DNA of 64,000 nucleotides, taken from the NCBI GenBank assembly GCA_030141605.1, contig JAQGDQ010000568.1:62001-126000 (forward strand), read 5' to 3'. The DNA comes from Tubiluchus corallicola. Its lineage: Eukaryota > Animalia > Priapulida. Below, piece by piece: positions 29,822 through 53,500 of this stretch. Each line of letters starts with the position of its first letter. Position 1 is the first letter of the stretch. A program made the position numbers and the translations under genes. The notes beneath the pieces were generated by a model. That model was not told the origin of the DNA, searched no databases, and worked only from the letters and a program-made list of their open reading frames with translations.

Positions 29822-30480
29822 TCAGTTTGTTTTAGTTAGAATCAAACAGTTTTTTTTTGTACACCCGGCAATCAGCAAAGCGGTATTCAGGCCTCACATA
29901 CAAGTTTACTGAGCGAATTCTTTTTGCGTTTCACTAAAACATAAGAAAAAAAATTTATTCAATATTTCCATCAGGAAAACATGGAAGTGCAAATAAACAT
30001 AAGAAGGAATGTAAAATTATTATCTTCAGTAAATATTTGGAAAATGATGTAACATTCTAAAATAATGTCGTTCGATTTAATTCGTGCAAAAAATACAAAT
30101 TAACTAGAAGTATTTAGTTTTACTGAGGGAATCAATAAAGGCTATCACTAAACCTGCATGGCATGCATACTGTATACAATAAGCCAGCATTTTAATTATT
30201 ATGTGAAACGAAATATATTCAGTTCAAAATGTTATATGCAAAATGATTAAAAACCACAGCCCTAACGACACAACTGCTCGCCGGTTGAACTGGAGTTTAG
30301 TAGCTATAAAAACATTAACTGGCTGAATATAGCGTCCCATGCATTTAGTTCAGTAAACAAAGAGCGTAAGAATCCCAACGATGTTATTGTTTTGTCACTA
30401 GATCGTTAGCTACTGTAGAATTATAAAATACAGTTGTTCAGTTTTTCAATGCGCAAAGAATTCTGAACTCCTGTGCAGAC

Positions 30481-31146
30481 TTAAAGGACAAGAAAAGTGG
30501 TACCCGAAGTAGGTTTTAAAAATGTCTTAAAAATGATATTACTTTATAGCAATTTTATGAATATATCGCACTCGCATTGAACGTATTTTTTGTTATCATT
30601 TCAAGTCTCCCTCAAAACTGTTCCGACCGCACCATTAGATGACGTCATATACGCACAATGTAAATTAAGGGAAGAAAATGCAATGCTAAACTTTGTCCCA
30701 AATAACTCTCCATGCAAAGTTATATTACTTAGCATTTTGCTTACCTGCTTGAAAAACGTATACAACTAGAAAAGAAAATTATTAATTATTTAAAATGCTT
30801 TCACAATTGGTAAAATGTCGTTGACTCACCTCCAGGGTGCACCACTCACTGACCAAAAAACGCGTTTTTCATCTTATTCACAACATGCAGTAGTTTAAAA
30901 TATTGCTTAGTAAGAGACGTGTGCACTAACAATGCTCTGATTATTTTTTCAAACTTTACTCAATGTTATCTAAACTTGTTTCAAATGACTTATCGCCAAA
31001 ATGGCTTCGTCTAACAGGAGTTTAAATTTACAAGATTATACAGCATTACTGCCGACGCAAGCCTTGCATGCAAAAGTGTGTGTGGTATAATATTTCAAGA
31101 TGCATTTTTAAGCTTTATGTAAGTAAATGGTTTTCACGTGCTTTAA
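30481..31146 (+). mobile_element. Kolobok-like MITE family A, full length
   Basis: TTAA-AGGACAAGAAAA ... TTTTCACGTGCT-TTAA. Confidence 0.82.
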
Positions 31147-31267
31147 AAGCTGGTGTACCCGTGTACATGTAAAAATTACAGTAAACAACTCAAATTTGTT
31201 GATGTGTTTTGTTTTTTTTTCTTATTCGCTGTGGTACATTGTCCAGGTTCTGTCACGACGTTACTAT

Positions 31268-31797
31268 TGCACAAGAAAAGACTCTTCAAAAATAAAGATT
31301 AAAAAATCCGACTTGAAATTTTGTATCACTTACGTGCTGCTATACTGCATGCATGGCTTGTATTAACAGCAACGTTGCATAAAACTTGTAAATTTAAACT
31401 TACGCAATCACCGTTAAGAGCAGCCATTTTAATGGTAGAAATAAGTTTAGATAATGCGTAAAGTTTCAAAAAATAATCAGAGCATTCATAACACACTCTT
31501 CACTAACTGTGGGTAAGTTTAAATTAAATTATATTGCCAATAAGATCAATAATGTGTTTTTCGGTGGATCAGTGATACACACTGGACACTAGCCACTGTG
31601 CATGTGAGTTAGTGAAGTTATACCAGTTGGCGCAAACATTTTAAATTATTAAGAATTTTCTTTTCTAGTCACACAAGTCTTTTTAACAGATAAGCGTAAT
31701 GCTAAGTAACATAACTTTATGTGGAAAACTCTTTGGTATACACTTTAGAATTCCTGTTTTTCATCTTTTATGCACACAGCAAGTAATGTGACGTCAC
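31268..31797 (-). mobile_element. Kolobok-like MITE family A, inverted partial copy
   Basis: Reverse-complement similarity to 30481-31146. Confidence 0.7.
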
Positions 31798-32024
31798 AAA
31801 ATTTTATCTACTGAGTTAATGAAATAATTATTACAATAATTAATATAAAGATGGTGGTCATATTTTTACCTAAACGGGATATCTTGAAAGTTCATTTAAT
31901 TATTTGTTACCATGACAACTTCGTGTTGTTATTGTTTTACACATATATTTCACATTATACATTAGCTGTTTTCACATCTTCACAGACATGATGTTGTCAT
32001 CACCACCATTACCATCTTCATCTA

Positions 32025-32073
<49 letters not shown>

Positions 32074-32586
32074 GTCATCATCATCATCATCACAATCATC
32101 AATATCACAACCACTATCATCACCATCATCATTATCGTCGTCATCATCATCATCACCACCACCATCACCACCAACATCATCATCATCATCACAATCACAA
32201 TCATCAATATAACTACCATCAATATAACATCATTATCATCGTCATCATCACCACCATCACCTTATTACCACCGCCAGCATCGTCATCATTCTTAAGTTCA
32301 TAATGATGATTATCGTCAACATTCTTATTACTGTTGTCATAATTTCATTCATTTCCTTTGTACATTTTTATGTTCTTCAACTCCTCCTCAAGTCTCATTT
32401 CTCTTCTGATGCTGCATCAGTTACCTTTTGCTTTTTTGCAGTTTCTTTCAAATAAAACAAACGCGATTCTATTTGTAAGTTTTGCTATAATCAGATCATT
32501 TTTTATAACTTTATTGAAGTCATTCAACTGCGGTTTTCGTTATTTTTTCTTTTGAGTCGGTATTGCTGTTGACTTCTTGATCTCTC

Positions 32587-45042
<12,456 letters not shown>

Positions 45043-45917
45043 TACTATTTTCTTGAAAGTTCTTTTCTTTCATAATATTTTCACTTAGTATGTACGTCCA
45101 ACACAACAATGCAGAACACTTGTCCAAAGGAAAAACTTCTCATGAAGGTTCTACGCAGCAAAGCTTAATTATTTGTTATGGAGCCCATTGTTTTTGTACT
45201 CTCATTGTTCATTGCTTTTGTTGCAATTTAATAGCAACGGAAGACTTGTATTTTAAAGCTTGTACGCTACCAAAACAGATTTTATAACTCACTAGCGCTA
45301 CATAATTTCGTCTTTTTTGGGAAGGACAGCAATTTAACGTTTCTTTTTAATTTTTTGTTTGGCCTGCAGAAAAATTGCTAGCCATTGTCTTTAAGGCCAT
45401 TGTTTTATGGCAAATAGATAAGCCACTAACTCAAGACGCTCTTAATACAAGTAACCTGCTTAGAACTTGGCGTTGATTACCATCAAGAAATTAGGAAGCC
45501 AAGGTTAGTGCAGAAGTCAAAAGTTACTAATGTGAAAGACAGACGTGCTTAAGTCATAGTGAAAACTGTATGGGTGTCAAGTCAGTTGTACATAGTAGAC
45601 TACATCTGTTCTAGAATCTGAGCCATAAGATTCCTAGGATGAATTTCAGTGGTGCTGTTACTACTACTACTGCTGCTGCTGCCGCTGCTGTTGTTGTTCA
45701 TGCTGTTCTTAATGTCGTCATAATCATTGGGCAAACAATGATGAAGGAACTGGTGATGATGATGATATTGATAATGATGACAATGATAGTGATGATGATG
45801 ATGATGACGACGATGACGATGACGACGACGACGACGATGATGATGATGATGTTGATGGTGATAATGATGATGGCGATGATGATGATAAGAATTACTTTTT
45901 TGCAGAGAAATCTAAAA
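45043..45917. promoter_or_regulatory. Candidate shared (bidirectional) promoter region of SLC16-A and SLC22
   Basis: Only 875 bp separate the divergent ATGs; donor AAG|GTTAGT at 45504 and acceptor TTTTTTGCAG at 45905 suggest an SLC22 5'-UTR intron. Confidence 0.45.
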
Positions 45918-46250
45918 ATGCAATCACCTGTTTATGTCGACGATGCGTTTGAACTATTTGGACGGCATGGATATGTACAATTATTCGTTTTCTTCCAAAC
46001 AAGTTATTACATTTTCATTGGCTCCTGGAACGCAATGGGAATTTCATTTCTTGGAATAACACCTGACCATCATTGCAAAGTGCCTTCAGGTGTGGATCCA
46101 GATCAGGTGATACCATTCAAGTATGATGAGGTTAATGATGAAAAAATAATTGATAGATGTCACCTCATCAACTTAACTAGCGGAGAGCTCATCGGCTGCC
46201 CTAACGGTTGGTGGTATAGCGATGAGTATGTTTCCACAATTGTCACAGAG
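45918..46250 (+). CDS. SLC22 coding exon 1 (TM1 and Cys-containing extracellular loop)
   Basis: [21 protein letters not shown]...HHCKVP...CPNGWWY...STIVTE; donor GAG|GTAAAA. Confidence 0.88.
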
Positions 46251-49200
46251 GTAAAAAACAAAAATGTTGATTTTCGGTCATTAAAGGCCGCGAAATGTCT
46301 GATTTTGACAACGAAATTAGCTCATGATTAGCCTATTCGTTGAAATTTGAAATACTTGTATTATGTGAGTTTAATAATTAAGCTATGCTGTTGTGAGATC
46401 ATTGTGCCTTTGCATGCGTGCACTGGATTATGGGAAAATAGTAATCCAAGTAATTTCTTATTTTTAGTGGGATTTGGTTTGTGACAAAGAAATTTTCGTT
46501 CAGACGTCTCAGTCTATTTACTTTTTAGTAAAAATGGTCGGTTGTTTGGTGGCGCCTGCTATTGCTGACTACCTCGGCCGAAAGTACGTCATCATTTTCT
46601 GCGCAGTCTCTTGGGCTTGTCTTGGTATCTGCACAGCTTTTGTCAATAATTTTTATCTTTTTACAACAGTGAGAGCAGTATTTAGTGCCTTGGACATGGT
46701 AAGTAATGTTGTGTAATACAGATTTTTTTGTACTGATCCGAAACAGTTTTCAACAAACGTCATCCATTAATTGGTCTTTTTGGTTTTTTAATTTGTTTAG
46801 ACATTGAAAGAAATTTTACATATTTTTGTGTGAAATATATGGGACAATCAAGTGCTAATTCGTACTCTTGTGCATAAGTTCTTTTACAGGGTGGTTACCT
46901 CGTTGCCTACTGTTTACTGTCCGAGTATTACATTACGAAGTACCGAACTTGGGCAATGAATTGCATGTACCTAGTGTGGGCTTCGGGTCTTATGACGTTT
47001 GCTGCCATTGGATATGCTGTTCGCAACTGGCGACACCTACAGTTGGTTCTCTCTGTACCTCTCTTGGTGTTTGTTGTTGGATATTGGTAAAAACTGCTGT
47101 CATTTTTTTTGATAATCATTGTTAAGTTTCTTATTGAAGGGTCTTATTACTCTCGGATGATTTTTTATAACAGAAATAAGCCTTTTCAATGTTCCAGCGA
47201 TTGTTGATGATCCTAAAAAGGTCAAAGGTTAAGTGTACCAGACAACGCATTTATGTACACTTGACAATGCCTGGCAGTCCATGCTATTGTGTTAGTAAAC
47301 GTTTTAACAGCTAGCTAGAACATTACCTAATTCATTTTTGCTTGTTCCGAAGCAAGATCCTGCTAATAAATCACTCTACGCCCAGAGTAATGCATAACTA
47401 AGTAAGGTACACGTAAAACAACTGAAGTTAGTCAACTTATACGATAGGAGATTCAGTTTACGCACATGTCACATGACGGTTGTAGTTAAGTCCCGTTGCT
47501 GTGACTTAACCTTTAACCTACAGCATCTGCGCGTGCGCACAACAAAACCGTAAAGAGGCTTATTTGAACGATAAAAAAATCAAAAATAAAGAAAAGAAAA
47601 ACACTGATTTGTTGTTCAGCTTTTCTGATAACAAATTCTAGTTGATTACAGGATTCAAGAAGAAATCGAGAACCAGAATTACATTTATAAAGGCACAATG
47701 TAGACATCAATAGTAACAACTTGTTCGGTTAATTTCAATTTTCCCTTTAAGTTGTCGATCTGGATACTAGTAGTTCCCTACTTTATGCTAGAAAACTTGT
47801 CTGAATAAAATTTGGTCTAAATGGAATGTGACGAAAATGAAATGACGCTGGCCTGTTGTTTCAATTGAAATCTACATACAGAAATTACGATCCTACAAGC
47901 ATCGCTGCCCTAGGTTGTTTGACATTATAACTACGGTTTTGATTCCCCATTTTCTCCTGGTGCCATACTTTTGAAGCTCTATCAGAAAACACAAAGTTGA
48001 TGTATTTACTATTTTACTACTTTGCCAGATAAGCCTACAATTTGTTTGTTTGCTTATCCATGCATGATTTACCTAGTTTTAAGAGCACGTTAATAAGACT
48101 TCGTACTTGTGAGGGTTGTGTGGCACAGTGGCAGCTCGTGTATAGGTACTGTAGAACTGCAGCACAAATTATTTTCACTCAGCATTATCGATAATATTCA
48201 ATATAATAAGTCTTTTTTCTTTAGTTCTTTCTTTATACTTATACGGAACCAGAGCACGTGAGGGCAGTACTGTCACGCACACACAACTCTCAGCCCAGGT
48301 AGAAAAATTACTGTCACTCACACAGTTTGTGATCAGTTGTCATGTGCTTACCGTGAATGCATCAAGCTTGAACTGCGATAATTTAGGTTACTAGTAAGCA
48401 AAAAAAAATTTGTTTAGGATTTTATCAAGTTTATGTATAAACTTTCATATATTTCTTCGTTTAAAATTACAAATTACACATGTTTGTTTCGTTTAAAATT
48501 ACGAATTACAACATTAAAATTACAAATGTTTGTTTCGCTTAACACAGTATTAAAACAATGGCTAAAATTTTTAAAGCAACACCCTCACTAATTTTAGCTA
48601 CGAGCCGCCACTAGTGCGGTGGATTGATTTTTTTATAAAAATGGGAAATTTGTTATATCGTTTGGTTACTAATTTTTCAATGTATTTGTCAGCTCGAAAA
48701 CTTACAGTTAAAATCATGTCTTAGGTCTGCTATTACAGTGTCTTTATTTCTGTTATAGGACTCTTCCTGAATCTGTTCATTATCTGGTTACTCACGGTCG
48801 AACCAAACAAGGCGAAGATTTAATAAAACGAATGGCAACGTTCAGCAAGGTCACCCTACCAGAAAATTTAAAATTAAAGTTTGATGAAAGGGAATCTTAT
48901 AGGAAAGAAGCAAGAAGAAATATTTTTGTGGGCATTGTGACCACTCCGTATCTGAGGCTGTATGCGATTTTGCTAATATTCGTGTGGTAAGACCGTGTGG
49001 TGAGTCCCAGGGAAGTATCAAAACTTATCAACATTTTACGACGCCTGAGGCTGATAGTACAGTGTTGCCCATCTCTATAATGAATTTGTGGTTGTTTATG
49101 TAATGAGCAGATTAAGCAATTATTTGTGGTGTATTAGAAATACTGTTAACATGTTCCCACGTGTCATTAATAATTACATGTATTTGCATAGCGCTTATAT

Positions 49201-50480
49201 TCAAGCAGAATGGGCAACTGCATGTTGTGTAGTACCTTGCACCTGTCCGATTTGTGGTACTTATATAAAAAGCTGCTCTCGGTATCTGCCTGTGGTGTGT
49301 GTTATAAAATATGAATATAAAAGAATACACATTTTCCGAAGGGAATAATAATTTTTTCTAAAATGTGACGCCCCTCAAACTTTGGCGCCCTAGGCCTATT
49401 GCTTAATGCGCCCCTGATAGTGACCACCATTTTATAACATACTGGAAGGTAGGAAACCAATAATGAATGTAATTAATGATACTTCGTTTGAATTAGATAA
49501 TATTTAAATATATTATGATTTTTTGTCATTACTCATTTTTTTGAATAATAGACCTTTAGAGTGATTGTGGCTGTCACTGTCAGTGGCGTATTCACGTATA
49601 GGTTGACTAGGCTGTACCCTACAGTACTAAATGCACTAAATTTTGAGGTGCCAGATTTTTGGTGCCAAGTGTCAAAAAGTTCTTATTCACCTCGAAAAAT
49701 GCGTATCTTTTCATATCCAAAATAATAAAGCGCGTATTTTGTAACACACCACAAGCAGTTAATAAATAGGCTGCTATATAAATGCAACAATTTTTAAACT
49801 AATATAATGGTTACGTAAAAGGTACTTCACTTGTGCAGGCTTCTCAGATAAGCTTATAAGTGCTGTGCCAAATGTGTGAAATTGTTAATTATCAGCACGT
49901 AGGTACTGGGTAGTAATTCTATCAAAATACCTCAATTGTAAATTATGTAAACGATCATAAGTCCATAATAGAGATAGTCGCGACTGAAGGAGATCAGTCT
50001 AGGGCATTATAATGCTTTGATGCGCCCCTGGTCACTCACTGTCGGCGGTGGCGACAACCGCACAACTGGTAAGGATGGTATTGTTCAACTTCTGTGTATC
50101 TTTTCCAAAGACCTAAAATTCTAAACGGTATTTTTTAGGTTCGTTGATTCCTTAGTTTACTATGGATTGTCGTTGTCAACAAATTCACTTGGTGGAGACC
50201 CGTATCTCAACTTTTTTCTATCAGGGGCTGTTGAAATTCCTGCTTATTTGACCTGCATGTACCTCTTAAAAACGTGAGTGTTATAGTAATAATAATAAGA
50301 TATGTTGTGTGTTTTTTCGATACTTTCTATGTTTTAACATTATCGACAGTAAGTAATTGACACGTCGGTTAGTAATTGTTACCATTAATACCTCCTACCA
50401 TATTCAAGAAATAGGCCTACCAGTGCATTCAAATTCATCCAATGATTAATAATAAGAATAATAGTAATAATAACAATAAT

Positions 50481-50556
<76 letters not shown>

Positions 50557-53500
50557 TGGAAATGATAAGTCGAAATAAGTATGAAATAAATATTAGATAT
50601 ATTTATTGGGTAACAGAACACGTATACAAATATTTTACATACACACACTCCCACGAAAATATAATTAAAGCATTTATAGAAAACAAAAATATTTACACAT
50701 TTACAAACACGGGACGACGTCACATGTCGATGTATACCACAAATAAACGAATGTACAAGCTAATAAAACAATGAGTGAGTGAGGAAATCGGAAAACAAAT
50801 AAACAAACACTTAATAAACTTTGTCAGTTTTAGTTTGAAAAACATTCGAACATTTTTTTATTATCTGATTTGCCTACAGATGCGGAAGACGGAAACCGAC
50901 ATTATTTTTCCATCTAGTAGCAGGACTTCCGTTACTTATTGCTCACTTCGTTCCAGAAAATGCAGGCAAGTATGCAAGTGTAGCTAGCAGAATAGTTTGT
51001 ACGTGTTATTTTGATAAAACTGACAATTAAACCGTGCTACTTCCATATGTCTGTTTTATTTGCATAAACGGAGTCTTAAAAATAATAAGACTGAATCAGA
51101 TTTAGTATTATTTTGCGTACGATTGTCTGCAAAAGTTGTACTTTCATTATCTTATTTCCGTAATGTAATGTAATGTAAAATTTATTTATATGGCGCAGTA
51201 CATCATTTAAAATTTCAGCCCGCTGACCAAAATACATTTAATTCATAATTCATATGAAACATAAAGTATAAAAGACATTAAAAATTGAAATAATTCATCA
51301 TAAAAAGTACAATTTAAACAAATGTCTTTAAATAATTTCTATATGCAAATTAGTCACAAGCCTTAATTTATATGGAATAGATAAATAAGTGAAAACAGGC
51401 CTATGCAACAATTCATTTTCTATACCAATTTAACCAGTTTACTTTACATTTAACCATTACAATAACAACCATTGTACAGCTTCGTAACTAATATCCGTTC
51501 CCATTGTTGCCTCCCGTGTTGTTGCTTCCCAAACAAATTGCCAACTGTCACTGTAGATGCACCATCAATCAATTGATTTAAAGGACAAGAAAAGGGGTAC
51601 CTAAAGTAGATTTCAGAAAAATCGCCTTATGAAATTATATTACTTTATAGCAATTTTATGCGTATATCGTACTCGCATTGAAAGGATTTTTTGTCTTCAT
51701 TTTAAATTTCCCGCAATACTGTTCCGACGGCGCCATTACATGACGTCACGCAAACGTATCAGAGGAAGAAAATGCAATGTTAAACGATGTCCCCAAAAAA
51801 CTTTCCACGCAAAATTATATTGCGTAGCATTTCGATTACCTGCTTGAAAGACTTATGTGACTAGAAAAGAAAAATATTAATTATTTACAATTCTTTCAAT
51901 AATTGGTAAAATGTCGCTGACTCACCCTCCAGGGCGCACCACCCACTAACCAGAAACGTATTTTTAATCTTATTGACAAGATACAGTAATTTAAAATTTT
52001 ACTTAGTTGGTGACGTGTGCGCTACCGACGCTCTGATTATTTTTTCAAACTTTACAGAATGTTATCTAAACTTGTTTCACATGACTTACCGTAAAAATGG
52101 CTGCGTCTAACGGTCATCGCGGGAGTTTAAACTTATACTGTGTTACGGCCGATGCAAATCTAATACGCAAAAAGCCAGTATTTAAGTGGTATAAAATTTC
52201 AAGACGAATTTTTTAGCTTTATGTAAGTTGAGGGTTTTCTTATGTTTTAAGGCAACTTTGAGAAGGGACCTCAACCGAGTTCAAACTTTTGGTCCCTATA
52301 ACTTTGTAAGGTAAATTGTAACACAAATAAATGCATTGTAATACCTACTGCAAAAACTACAACGTTTGAATAAAAGAAAAACTAAGTGGAAAAGTACAGA
52401 TCAATACAATGCAATGCAATGCAATGTAATGCAATGCAATGCAATGTAATGCAATGCAATGCAATGCATGCAATCCAATACAATACAATACAATAAAATA
52501 CAATACAATACAATACAATACAATACAATACAATACAATACAATACAATACAATACAATACAATACAATACAATACAATACAATACAATACAATACAATA
52601 CAATACAATCATAATTGAACTGAACCTTTGCTAACTCACATAATTTTTCATACTTTACTCGCGAGTCTGTGTTAATACACAACGCAGCAGATGTTTCAAA
52701 AGCATCTACACGAAAAACTTCTTTTGAATCTTTCCCACCACTAATGTTTTGCCCATTCTAATTAATATTGTAGGCAACATTCTAATGTGTGTTTTAGGCA
52801 CTGCCAATTTATCATCCCTGATTACGACTTTGAATCTGGTTGGAAAATATGGAGTCGCCGCATCATTTAGCGCCATCTATTTGATTACTGCAGAAGTTTA
52901 TCCTACAGTTTTGCGGTTAGTATATGTAAGGGCAATAAATAAATATAATACGTCACGCCATTATTTAATGGCACTAGCTAAACTTGCCTGCAACAAAAGC
53001 AAGTAACAAATTTGATAAAACATTCGTCAAATTCTACTCTGGAACGTCTGAGACTAAGACCATTTGTCATATAAACTTTTCCTGTCTTTTATTGATTTAG
53101 AAGAAGTACGGTTCTGAAAAATCGAGTCAACCAAAAAAAGCTCTGGGTCAGCCGGGATTCGAACCCAAAATCTTGTGGTTACAGACCATTTGCGTCCAGC
53201 CATTTCAGCTGAGAGCCCATGTGGTCAAAGCAGATGTGAATTCTCATACTAATCAGTACACAATCAGTCAGAGTCACGTATCCACAGGATAATAGAAAAA
53301 CTATTACTAATTTATAAGATACCTATTGAGCCCAGTAGAGAAGCAAGGTCCACATAGCATTAGGCCGTAGTACAGAAAAATTCAAAGTTAAGTTTAGAAG
53401 AAAGAAGAAGCCTTATTTACTGAGCAACTTTCATCACGAAACTTTTACTTATTATTTTGCGCAATTTTGTAAAAACCATAATATTTTTGTTTTAATTAAC

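Noticed and set aside
45639-45917. 93-aa N-terminal extension of the SLC22 ORF
   Set aside because: It consists of trinucleotide microsatellites and ends at a strong splice acceptor (45905); family similarity starts at ATG 45918.
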